This document shows positions 32,858-42,572 of a DNA stretch of 64,000 nucleotides, one piece after another (position 1 is the first letter of the stretch; every line of letters starts with the position of its first letter). The position numbers were made by a program, and so were the translations under genes. The notes beneath the pieces were generated by a model, which saw only the letters and a program-made list of their open reading frames with translations, was not told the origin of the DNA and searched no databases. Location of the stretch: assembly GCA_963693055.1 (NCBI GenBank), contig OY843751.1:5824001-5888000 (forward strand), in the 5' to 3' direction. The DNA is from a bacterium (GTDB lineage Bacteria > Zhuqueibacterota > Zhuqueibacteria > Residuimicrobiales > Krinioviventaceae).

Positions 32858-34999
32858 TTAGAACCTGTAATTGTATCTGATTTTCATACGCGCGTTTTCT
32901 TCCTGGGTTTCCCAGTGATCAAACGGATCCTGGGCAATGGTCCGCCAAACCAGCAAAATCTCGTTTCCGGGTTTTATAATCCATACAAAACGGGTTTGAA
33001 TTCCCATTTTTTCAGACAAATTGTCATATTGAACAAAATTGTACAAGGTTACATTGGGACTGAACAAAAAGTTGAAATTTACGCGCATTACATCTGTATC
33101 AAAATCACCGGTAGCCAGCGATACTGAATTGTGCTCATATGCCACACCCAGATAAAATGGAACGCCTATTTTAAAACCCGATTCCAAAACAATTTCCTGA
33201 CGATTACCGGTATAAAAATCGCCCCATTCATAAGACAAGCCCGCCCAAGCCTTGCGGTGCTGAGCACTGGTTACGCTCGTTTGAAAACGATTAAACTCGT
33301 ATATATCCGTTGGAATGGTATGATCGGAATGAATGGCAAAATCCTTACTCAACCGCTCATATGTGGGCAGCATAGCGATATCGAACTGATCCCCGGTTTT
33401 GAAACGGATACTCATGGGCGTAAGTTTCAGTTCACGGGTTTCCAGCACATTGTCCATATTGGTAATGTAATCGAACCCGGTTTTAATAAAATATTGCATA
33501 ATGCCCCATCGGTTGGGCCTTGGTCCCACAGCAATATTACCATAGGTTTCACGGATTCCGCTGCGCTTTTGGAAACCGATTCCCGGCAAAAAATTCTCGC
33601 CAATTTCATGAAATCCGGTACGGATGTAAAGAAAATCATTGGGATAAATAATATCACCACCCCACGACACGTCATTACCCGACAGACCGTCAGTTGAGGA
33701 TTTTAATCCGAACAGTATAACACCCAGGTTCTGATTTCCCCTGAAATTTGAAGTAGCAAGTTTTACATCCGCTCCAACCACATGGTTGTCTGCATTGCCA
33801 ACAGAATTACCGATAGTTCCGATAAAACCGACAGAGGACTGTCCGCCAATATTACGCGAGATCCGCGCTACCGCATATTCCTGGGCCTTGTCATCACGTT
33901 CATCCGCAATTGCCAGTAAACCCATGTTCCATTGACCAATCTGTCCGGTTACTTTACCACCCCATTTGATGGGTACGGGATTTCCATTGCCGTCTAACCC
34001 AATACGGCGGGAAAAGAACGGGATCAGTTTGTTGGCATAGGGATTGTCGCGGTTGTCCAGCTCTAAACCAAAATTAAAATATCCGGCACCATCCAAAAAG
34101 AAATCTCGCTTTTCCGGAAACAACAGGGGGAAGCGGGTCAGGTTGATCATACGGTCATCTACTTCAGTCTGGGCAAAATCCGTGTTCACGGTCAACGCGC
34201 TTTTGACGGAGGGTGTGATTTGGTAAAACATATCTACACCCGCGTCAACAGGATACTCGCGATCATCCGGGGGTTCATTATCCATGCCAAACAAAGCATA
34301 GGGACTAATATCCAGTCCAATACCCTGCGATAAATCCTCTAGTCCTTCCAGCGGGCCTGCGTCTGACACTTGAAATTTATAAGAATCTACATTGGCAACG
34401 GGCCAGAATGCGTTTTCCTGTTTTCTGGCAATATTTCGGTTGAGTTTTAAACCCCATGTAGTCTGGTTTTTGTTAAAACTGAATGTCTTGAAAGGTATGG
34501 CAATCTCGGTGGTCCACCCATCTCCTACAACCTTGGAACGACCAATCCAGATCCCATCCCATGATTTGTTAAATACTGCACCGTTCTGAGAAATAAGTGC
34601 ATCACCCATACACCCGCGAGCGTTGATTTGAAACCAGAACGCGTTGCGTTTATCTAAAAAGGTATCGATAATAATTTTGATGGCATCTTCACTTCCCAGG
34701 CTGGCATCTCGCGCCACTTCTTTGGCGGTTATTTGTTTAGGATCACCATACAGCTTGCAACCGATGTAAAGATTGTCCTTGTCGTACAAGACAAACACCT
34801 CTGTTTCTTCAGAACAGGGCGCACCCACATCCGGTTCACGCTGATAAAACTCGGTTATGGGTTCAGCTGTTCTCCATACAGCTTCATCCAGATACCCGTC
34901 AATGTCAATGTTTTCGTTGGTAAAAACCGCTCTAACATTCGCTTGTGCATGCACGTTTGCCGAAACTGCTATCAGCAGCAACATTAGAATTCTTTTCAT
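32858..34999 (-). CDS. Secreted CBM9-like/DUF5916 outer-membrane protein
   Basis: Signal peptide; IDGYLDEAVW, TVNTDFAQTEVD, LLFPEKRDFFL, FFSRRIG; C-terminal YRF. Confidence 0.82.
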   Translation of the reverse strand: MKRILMLLLIAVSANVHAQANVRAVFTNENIDIDGYLDEAVWRTAEPITEFYQREPDVGAPCSEETEVFVLYDKDNLYIGCKLYGDPKQITAKEVARDASLGSEDAIKIIIDTFLDKRNAFWFQINARGCMGDALISQNGAVFNKSWDGIWIGRSKVVGDGWTTEIAIPFKTFSFNKNQTTWGLKLNRNIARKQENAFWPVANVDSYKFQVSDAGPLEGLEDLSQGIGLDISPYALFGMDNEPPDDREYPVDAGVDMFYQITPSVKSALTVNTDFAQTEVDDRMINLTRFPLLFPEKRDFFLDGAGYFNFGLELDNRDNPYANKLIPFFSRRIGLDGNGNPVPIKWGGKVTGQIGQWNMGLLAIADERDDKAQEYAVARISRNIGGQSSVGFIGTIGNSVGNADNHVVGADVKLATSNFRGNQNLGVILFGLKSSTDGLSGNDVSWGGDIIYPNDFLYIRTGFHEIGENFLPGIGFQKRSGIRETYGNIAVGPRPNRWGIMQYFIKTGFDYITNMDNVLETRELKLTPMSIRFKTGDQFDIAMLPTYERLSKDFAIHSDHTIPTDIYEFNRFQTSVTSAQHRKAWAGLSYEWGDFYTGNRQEIVLESGFKIGVPFYLGVAYEHNSVSLATGDFDTDVMRVNFNFLFSPNVTLYNFVQYDNLSEKMGIQTRFVWIIKPGNEILLVWRTIAQDPFDHWETQEENARMKIRYNYRF

Positions 35000-35134
35000 C
35001 GCAACCTCTTGAATATCACTTCTTTTCCTACAAGGCCAATATAAAAAATTCTAACATTTAAAGCTTGGGAAATTTTTGGGAGACTTCTATTAATGCCTTT
35101 TTATTATTTTACCTTAATTACAAACTAATAAATA

Positions 35135-35785
35135 CTATTCAATCCCACTAACTTTACTAAATAAATCTATTACATTGTTATTACTATTATTTTTATAAGT
35201 TTTCCATGAAATTTCATAATTCTCTGCTTGATTTCCCCAGACATCCCAACCGGGTCTTTTACCGCGAGCAAACAATTCTAAATAAGGCCCGGGGCTACAA
35301 TCTTCAATTATTTGATAAAGTTCGTCAGGTTTACGGCTGTGTTCTTGTTTCTGTGATCTGATTATATTTACCTGACTCCTACCCGGTTTTAGAGTTCTCA
35401 TACTTCCTCGAATTCCAAACAAAATAATCTCTGTAGTATTTCTAAAATAAAATCCAACTCCCCTTCCATCAGGTCCACCATCTTTTCTTACTTTATGCCA
35501 AATCAAATTTGTTTTATATTCAAATCCCCATGCCCTCATTACTTCTAAGCCTTCTGGCAATAATGCGTTCGGAACCCATAAATATAAATGAGACGGTTTA
35601 TCAGCTATTACATGAACCGGAATTTCCTTAATCTCTTTGAGTTTCATAGTTGGGTATCTATTAAGCCTTTTATGCTCAGGAGCCATTTTACCTGTACGAT
35701 TGTTAAATTGCCAAGGTGGATCAGCCAAAATTGTTTGATATTTACGATCACCAAATTCAGATAAAAATGTTTCATAAATTTCCAT
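35135..35785 (-). CDS. MT-A70-family (METTL3/Ime4-related) adenine methyltransferase
   Basis: ILADPPW, LYLWVPN, WGF.YKT...W.K, HSRKP, LELFAR...GW..WGN. Confidence 0.93.
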   Translation of the reverse strand: MEIYETFLSEFGDRKYQTILADPPWQFNNRTGKMAPEHKRLNRYPTMKLKEIKEIPVHVIADKPSHLYLWVPNALLPEGLEVMRAWGFEYKTNLIWHKVRKDGGPDGRGVGFYFRNTTEIILFGIRGSMRTLKPGRSQVNIIRSQKQEHSRKPDELYQIIEDCSPGPYLELFARGKRPGWDVWGNQAENYEISWKTYKNNSNNNVIDLFSKVSGIE

Positions 35786-36369
35786 TATATATCCTCTTTA
35801 TAAGTGCTTTTTTGAATGCCAATAACTATTATAGGACAACCTGCTCCACCGCCACCTTCAATTCGAGGTAATAATTTCGACATATGAGTTGTTGAATTTC
35901 CATATGATGAACCACGTCCCAAATCATTAAAAATCTCTTGTAATTCATCACATCTTGTCAATATGATACCAACACTTATGGCACGAAGTTCAAACAACAA
36001 TCTAAAATTATTTAAATCTCTATCATAAAATGGATCTTTATTATTCCACTCAAGTTCAATAGCAATTTTATTCTTATAGCAATCAATTTTATGGGTTGGT
36101 GATTCCATCCTGCTTTCATCAACAATTACAGCTGTATTAAATTGCTTTTCTATCCATCCACGATCTCCCATAAATGAATCAACCCATTTTGCTAAATCAG
36201 ATTTATTACCCCCTCCTTTAACTAACCAAGATTTTCGCAATTCAAATTGCTCAAGCATGTCAATTAAATCTTGCCATTCTGATGGAAAATCATGTTTTAA
36301 TATTGCAGAAGCATGCTTCCACTCATGGATTTCATATTTTTCTAAAATATTTTCTGGAAAATGCACCAT
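35785..36369 (-). CDS. BglII/BstYI-like type II restriction endonuclease
   Basis: THKIDCYKNKIAIELEWNNKDPFYDRDL (D...ExE variant of PD-(D/E)xK); 1-bp overlap with the methyltransferase gene. Confidence 0.82.
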   Translation of the reverse strand: MVHFPENILEKYEIHEWKHASAILKHDFPSEWQDLIDMLEQFELRKSWLVKGGGNKSDLAKWVDSFMGDRGWIEKQFNTAVIVDESRMESPTHKIDCYKNKIAIELEWNNKDPFYDRDLNNFRLLFELRAISVGIILTRCDELQEIFNDLGRGSSYGNSTTHMSKLLPRIEGGGGAGCPIIVIGIQKSTYKEDI

Positions 36370-36458
36370 AATTATATTAGTAATCCTACATTACTTTTTT
36401 TATAAAATAACACAATTTGTTTTAAATGTCTAATAATTTATTTCAATTATTCGCCTTC

Positions 36459-37613
36459 TCACTTTCCAAAGCAATAGGAAAAATCCACCCAGGGAAAGAA
36501 TGGCCAGCCGCCTTCTTCAAAAGCCTCAATGGCAGTGAGCAATGCGAGATCAACCGCAACTTTATCACCGAAAAAACGTACACCACCGGAAAACAGTATA
36601 GTACCATCATTTCCCCCGGGGAAAATCCAATTTTCGGTAATGAGCTTGACACTGTTCGAAACCTGTGTCTCCCCACCGATGAGCAGTAAAGGACTGTCAT
36701 CATTAAAATCCGTGATGGGTATACCCAGTCCCAATGTCAGACTCTTGAGTTCATTACCCAATGTAGCAACAGCAAACCCGAGCCCCAAATTCGCATCTTC
36801 CTCGCCGGGTACGGTCAAATAGAGTATACCGGTTGCAATATCTATTGTGGGCGATATATTAAAAGCGAGCTTGGGGGCCAGATGAAAGATCTGTTCATCC
36901 GCACCCGGAAGCAGTGACATTCCACCACTGAGGGTAAAATTAGATGTGATACCAAAAGCCACGGTAGGAAAAAACACCCAGTAATCCGCAAAATAGCCGG
37001 TGCCTTTGGGTACGCCCCGCCCTGTGGGTGCAAAAAACATACGAGAGCTATTGGGGTCTATACGGTAATATTTACTATCCGATAATTCGCTTTCCAGATC
37101 CTGAACAGATTCAATACTTATATCCGGTACGGTCATAACCACGCCACCCCGTGTTTGAGCAATCAAGGTGTCTTGCTTGGCTTTTTGAAACGTCACCACC
37201 AACTTGCTGCCATCGGTCAGTGTAAGACGTTTCATAACGGATTGCTCCAGCCATTGATCATCATTTATTACATACAAAGCATCATCAAAGGTATCACCAG
37301 TTTTAACAGCCTCTATTCTCTTTTCGGTCAAGCGAACCAACTGTTCATACTCTGTTAACGGCATGTTTGTGATAAAAATCTGAGCATGACTCTCATTATT
37401 GCGAATGACATGTAAAATTACCATCTCTTTTTTCAAATAAAATCGGGCCGCTGAAAAGCCCTGTATCTCTCCAAAGATCGTAAAGGATTCATTCTCGCTG
37501 GCGTCTATTACCCACCCCAGCTCACCATGCAAAATCACCGGTACTTGCTCATTCGCATATACTGCAGTAATCCCCAGTAATAACAAACTACATAAAATTA
37601 TAATCGTTTTCAT
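36459..37613 (-). CDS. Hypothetical exported protein with probable C-terminal outer-membrane beta-barrel
   Basis: Signal peptide from ATG 37613 (MKTIIILCSLLLLGITAVYA); DPNSSRMFFAPTGR followed by alternating beta-strands; aromatic C-terminus. Confidence 0.6.
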   Translation of the reverse strand: MKTIIILCSLLLLGITAVYANEQVPVILHGELGWVIDASENESFTIFGEIQGFSAARFYLKKEMVILHVIRNNESHAQIFITNMPLTEYEQLVRLTEKRIEAVKTGDTFDDALYVINDDQWLEQSVMKRLTLTDGSKLVVTFQKAKQDTLIAQTRGGVVMTVPDISIESVQDLESELSDSKYYRIDPNSSRMFFAPTGRGVPKGTGYFADYWVFFPTVAFGITSNFTLSGGMSLLPGADEQIFHLAPKLAFNISPTIDIATGILYLTVPGEEDANLGLGFAVATLGNELKSLTLGLGIPITDFNDDSPLLLIGGETQVSNSVKLITENWIFPGGNDGTILFSGGVRFFGDKVAVDLALLTAIEAFEEGGWPFFPWVDFSYCFGK

Positions 37614-37693
37614 AATCTTCTCTCCATTACTCCTATACAACGATTTTTCACGATGGGATTATTTCAATATTGAACGATTTGTTTTCAGGATTT

Positions 37694-38917
37694 TTATTTC
37701 AAAAGCAGCATTTGACGTGTCTGGCTAGTATTACCGGATTTTAAACGATATACATACACACCGCTTGCTACAGGTTCTCCTGAATTGTCACAGCCATCCC
37801 AGCAAACATGATACTCGCCTGATACTTGAATAGATGACACCAGCGTTCGTACCGGCTTTCCTGTGATGGAATAGATCCTCAATGTGGTCTGACCAGACTC
37901 GTTCAACCGATAGGATATTGTTGTGGATGGATTAAAAGGATTGGGATAGTTTTTGTTCAGCACAAAACGTTCCGGTGTTTCTGTTGGTTCCAGTATTCCG
38001 GTTTCATTTAATCGCGGATAAAAATAGAGATCCGCATCCATGCCCAGAGCTTCTTCACTGAGGGTATAATAACCCGATCCATCTGTTGCCCAACAAACGG
38101 CTTCACCCAATGGCTCAGCAATATAGGGCACAAAAACTACATTCGCTTGTAGTATATCCCGCCAGGGTATGGTACTGTCTGATCTGATCCAGTAGAATAT
38201 CTGGTAATAGGATTTTATAAGCATTTCCAAACCATTTGCAGAGATGTCACCGCCAACCATTTTCCCCCAATCACCGCCATACAATTCAAGCGTGATCATA
38301 GATTCAGCAATCATTGTTTCCGTTGTGGATTGCGGATATGGCAGGCGAAACACATCTGCAGAACCCGCTTGTTTGGTCACAATCAATAGGTCCCGCGATA
38401 CGGGATCAAGCATCAGGGTTTCCGCATTGTAGCGCGCGCCGGGATAACGAAAAGTAATGGTTTCCGCACCGGTCAAAACCGTATCCACAGCCTCTGCCGC
38501 AGGATTGACTACCGGCTCCGGAATACGATAAATGAATTTATCTTTGTATCTATAATCATTGTCCCCTATATCCGCAATATACAGATAAGCCTCTTCCTCA
38601 ACCGGACCAGGACCAATGGCAATATCTTCCCAGTCGCGGTTGCTAATACCGTCAATCTCATACTCTCCCAAATGCTGTCCCGACATGTCTATTGCAAACA
38701 ATCGTGCCTTGTCACCCGAATCGTTATGCGTCCAAAGCACACCGGGATTTTTCCGGCTGGCAACCAAACCGGATGCCTCAACAATTGCATCGTTTTCGAT
38801 CGTCCCGAGGTTCTGCCTGCTGCCAAACTCTACAGTCTGCGCAAACAGACTTTGCATAAAAAAAAGCAGAAATACTATATATCGTGAAATCGTATTTTTG
38901 CTTTTTAAAATCATCAA
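37694..38917 (-). CDS. Secreted putative beta-propeller protein with FlgD-Ig/T9SS-type CTD
   Basis: Signal peptide; EASGLVASR, WTHNDSG, DWEDIA, GEAVCW; NYPNPFNPST...GVYVYRL. Confidence 0.7.
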   Translation of the reverse strand: MMILKSKNTISRYIVFLLFFMQSLFAQTVEFGSRQNLGTIENDAIVEASGLVASRKNPGVLWTHNDSGDKARLFAIDMSGQHLGEYEIDGISNRDWEDIAIGPGPVEEEAYLYIADIGDNDYRYKDKFIYRIPEPVVNPAAEAVDTVLTGAETITFRYPGARYNAETLMLDPVSRDLLIVTKQAGSADVFRLPYPQSTTETMIAESMITLELYGGDWGKMVGGDISANGLEMLIKSYYQIFYWIRSDSTIPWRDILQANVVFVPYIAEPLGEAVCWATDGSGYYTLSEEALGMDADLYFYPRLNETGILEPTETPERFVLNKNYPNPFNPSTTISYRLNESGQTTLRIYSITGKPVRTLVSSIQVSGEYHVCWDGCDNSGEPVASGVYVYRLKSGNTSQTRQMLLLK

Positions 38918-38932
38918 ATCAGTCCCATTTTT

Positions 38933-40069
38933 TTACTTGATCAGGAGCATTTTACTAACCGCTGAATGTTGTCCCGTAGTCAGCCTGTAATAATAAATCC
39001 CGCTTGCCAGGGACTTTGCATCAAAAACGACTGAATAGGTACCGGAAGTATGGACCTCGTTCACCGGCATTGCTATCTGATTGCCAAGCAGATCAAACAC
39101 CATCAAAGTAACATGCGCGGTTTCTTCAATTCGGTAATGGATTCGGGTAGACGCATTAAAGGGATTGGGATAATTACTCAACAATTGAAAAGATTCAACA
39201 GGTTCATCCTGTTTTGTGATGCCCGTCTGCGGCAGGGTGTAAATGTAAATATCTGACTGCCCGCCTCGTTTAGAGGTATAGGCTATCTTGCTGCCATCCG
39301 GTGACCATGTAGGCATACTGTCGCCACATTCACAGGGAATTTTCACCGGGTCCGTCCCATCAGCATTGACAAGCCAGATACTGCTGTCATTGTTCTCCCG
39401 CCACGATACAAATACGATTTGCTTGCCATCGGGAGACCAACAGGCCCGGTCATCACTTTCGCTATGCTGTGTAACCTGCACCACTTCCCCAGTTTCCAAA
39501 ACAATGTACCAGATATCAGTATTGCCTGATCGGTCGGATGTAAACAATATCTTGCTGCCGTCTCTGCTCCAGTTGGGATGATAATCAAACGAGCTTCCAA
39601 AAGTCAGTTGCTGCGGATTGCTGGCGTCAATATTACACGTCCACAGCTTCCCGTCTTTCATATAAACAAACTGCTCTCCATCCGGAGAAACCGATGCCAT
39701 CAAGGTTATGGGCTGGGTAAGCTGTTCTGCTTCACCGCCATCAATCCCAACTTTGAATATTGCCAATCGGCCCTCTTGTGGAGTATAAGCATCGAACAAG
39801 AGGGTTTGAGAATCCGCCAACCACGAGTTGTACATGTCACCGGTCAAATCACCGGTAATATCAATTTTGAAAGATTCTGCAGTCTCTAGATCCGTATACC
39901 AGAATTCCGAATTTCCATTTACAACGGTTGTGTGAGAAATATATTTTCCGTTCGGGGACCAGTTGAGGTGATACTCTTCATAAACAGTATGGGTTAGCCG
40001 TTCTGTTTCAGCAGCATTTAAACAGATCAATGCGGATAAAATAATGAGAATAAAGAATAATTTTTTCAT
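38933..40069 (-). CDS. TolB-like (PD40 repeat) beta-propeller protein with T9SS-type CTD
   Basis: Repeated WSPDG/WSRDG blades; NYPNPFN...GIYYYRL; start ATG 40069 after GAGGGG. Confidence 0.82.
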   Translation of the reverse strand: MKKLFFILIILSALICLNAAETERLTHTVYEEYHLNWSPNGKYISHTTVVNGNSEFWYTDLETAESFKIDITGDLTGDMYNSWLADSQTLLFDAYTPQEGRLAIFKVGIDGGEAEQLTQPITLMASVSPDGEQFVYMKDGKLWTCNIDASNPQQLTFGSSFDYHPNWSRDGSKILFTSDRSGNTDIWYIVLETGEVVQVTQHSESDDRACWSPDGKQIVFVSWRENNDSSIWLVNADGTDPVKIPCECGDSMPTWSPDGSKIAYTSKRGGQSDIYIYTLPQTGITKQDEPVESFQLLSNYPNPFNASTRIHYRIEETAHVTLMVFDLLGNQIAMPVNEVHTSGTYSVVFDAKSLASGIYYYRLTTGQHSAVSKMLLIK

Positions 40070-40087
40070 AATACCCCTCAATCTCAA

Positions 40088-40109
40088 GCCCGGTCTCAAA
40101 GGACCGGGC
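40088..40109 (-). terminator. Hairpin downstream of glnS
   Basis: GCCCGGTC...GACCGGGC inverted repeat just past the glnS stop. Confidence 0.55.
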
Positions 40110-40123
40110 CTGTATATAATAAA

Positions 40124-41856
40124 CTAGTGCTGTTTATTTTGCTTTACCATCTTACCCCAGGTGTCGCGCAGCGTAGTGGTTCGATTAAATACCGCTTTAT
40201 CATCCGTTGTATCGGGATCGGTATAAAAATAGCCATGACGCTCAAACTGCAGGTTTACACCCGGTTTAACATTTTTCAAAAACGGCTCTACCAGGGCATT
40301 TTCCAAAACCTCAAGAGAGTTGGGATTCATATAATCCAGAAAATCTTTACCCTCTTCAACATCTCCGGCTGCATCGGCAATAGTCAGCAAATGCTCATAC
40401 AAACGCACTTCGGCAGGTACGGCATGACGGGCAGAGACCCAATGAATGGTTCCCTTTACTCTGCGTCCATCTGGTGTGCCGCCGCCTTTGGATTCCGGAT
40501 CGTAGGTACATTTGAGTTCAATAACATTGCCATCATCATCCTTGATAACCTCATTACAGGTGATGTAATAGGCGTAACGCAACCGGACTTCACCACCGGG
40601 TTTGAGTCTGAAAAACTTTTTCGGGGCATCTTCCATAAAATCGGTTTGCTCCACATACAATTCATTGCAGAACGGTACCTTGCGGGTGCCCATGCTTTCG
40701 TCTTCAGGATTGTTAATGGCATCCATCTCTTCAACTTGATCTTCAGGATAGTTGGTGATGGTTACTTTTAAAGGATGCAAAACACCCATTACCCGCTGTG
40801 CGGATTTGTTGAGTTCTTCACGCAAACAGAATTCCAGCAATGCATAATCTACCATGCTGTTACGCTTGGCTACACCCACACGTTCTGAAAATGTACGAAT
40901 AGATGACGGCGTAAATCCTTTGCGGCGGAACCCGGAAATGGTGGGCATACGGGGATCATCCCAGCCGCGTACATGTCCTTCTTTGACCAGACGTAACAAA
41001 CGGCGCTTGCTCATTACCATGTAGGTAAGGTTGAGGCGCGCAAACTCGATCTGCTGGGGATGGTATTCCTCCAACTCGTCCAGAAACCAGTCGTACAAGG
41101 GACGATGATCTTCAAATTCCAATGTACAAATAGAATGGGTTATGCGCTCAATCGAATCGGACTGGCCGTGCGCCCAGTCATACATGGGATAAATGCACCA
41201 CTTGTCGCCAGTACGCGGATGTGTAGCGCGCAAAATACGATACATGATAGGGTCACGCATATTGATATTGGGTGATGCCATATCCACTTTGGCGCGCAAG
41301 GTTTTGGAACCATCCGGGAATTCACCGGCATGCATACGCTCAAACAGATCCAGATTTTCCTCGATACTGCGGTTGCGGTACGGGCTCTCTTTGCCGGGTT
41401 CTTTGAGTGTCCCACGGTATTCACGGATCTCTTCCGGGGTCAGTTCACACACATAAGCTTTGCCCTTTTTAATGAGCCGGATTGCCCATTCGTAAAGCTG
41501 ATCAAAATAATCAGACGCATAATATTCATGGTCACCCCATGAAAATCCGAGCCATTGCACATCTTGTTTAATAGAATCTATATATTCCTGCTCTCTTTGA
41601 TGGGATTGGTATCATCAAAACGCAAATGGGTTTTGCCGCCGTTTTCCTTTGCCATACCAAAATTGAGACATATCGACTTTGCGTGTCCAATATGCAGATA
41701 GCCGTTGGGTTCGGGCGGGAAACGGGTCACAACACGTCCTTCCCACTTGTTGGATTCCATATCTTCTTTGATAATATAACGGATAAAATGGGGCGGCGGT
41801 GTTGCACCGTTTTCCGGTTTTTCCGTTTCTGCGGGTTTGTTTTCATTTTCTGACAT
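40124..41856 (-). CDS. glnS: Glutamine--tRNA ligase, split into two ORFs by a 1-nt frameshift near 41591-41598
   Basis: 5' ORF has [14 protein letters not shown] and RFDDTNP; 3' ORF has [20 protein letters not shown]; adding one base restores KE(E)[15 protein letters not shown]. Confidence 0.93.
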
Positions 41857-41952
41857 AATGTATTTCCTGTATATTCATTGATGCTAAACACAAATTAAAC
41901 ATATAATATACGGATTTTTTCGGGTGAGAGCAAGAGAGGAGTTGAAAATATA

Positions 41953-42378
41953 TTATTGTCGTCCTTTTCCATTTTCAAGTTCTACATGAACAAACCGACT
42001 GGTATTAATTAAAAAAAACTCGATATACTCAAACTCTCTATGCGAAATAGCAAGAGCCGGATCATCAGCATTTTTACACTCAATAAACCAGGACAAAAAG
42101 CGCCTTAACCCCTTTTGAGAATTTTTAATATCTGAAATATGTGTTTCATCAAACCGTTCCAATTCATAAATACGTTCTTTTAACTTTTTTGGAATGTAAA
42201 TAGATTTTTTCACAAGCTCTTTCAATCTTGCCAATTCAATATAATACTGATCCAACTCTTCTTCAACAATACAACCATCCGCTAAATATTTCTGCAATTG
42301 ATCATACAGGTATTTCAGGTAATCGTCAAACTGTTCAAGCGTTAAATCGATCACAATATTATCCCATATAGTTATCAA
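41953..42378 (-). CDS. Hypothetical helical protein (AT-rich)
   Basis: 141-codon ORF filling the gap between glnS and the DegT gene; no recognised motif; start codon uncertain. Confidence 0.5.
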   Translation of the reverse strand: MITIWDNIVIDLTLEQFDDYLKYLYDQLQKYLADGCIVEEELDQYYIELARLKELVKKSIYIPKKLKERIYELERFDETHISDIKNSQKGLRRFLSWFIECKNADDPALAISHREFEYIEFFLINTSRFVHVELENGKGRQ

Positions 42379-42506
42379 TCATTCAATTATATCTCAATAT
42401 TTAACAAATTCATATCCGTAAAGATCTGTGTTGATCCGTGGCTTAAATCGTTATCAGCAAAATACTAGATATATTAAAGATCCTGAGAACACTCCCGCAT
42501 TTTAAA

Positions 42507-42566
42507 ATTTGAAGAAAAGCGTTGTTCACAAATACCTCCCAACCCTGCAAACAACGCTCTTCAAAT
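42507..42566 (-). terminator. Long bulged hairpin just downstream of the DegT-family gene
   Basis: ATTTGAAGA(AAA)GCGTTGTT ... AACAACGCTCTTCAAAT. Confidence 0.45.
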
Positions 42567-42572
42567 CCCTGT

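Noticed and set aside
41578-41856. Separate 92-aa gene or programmed -1 frameshift
   Set aside because: It is the N-terminus of GlnRS, and no canonical slippery heptamer is present
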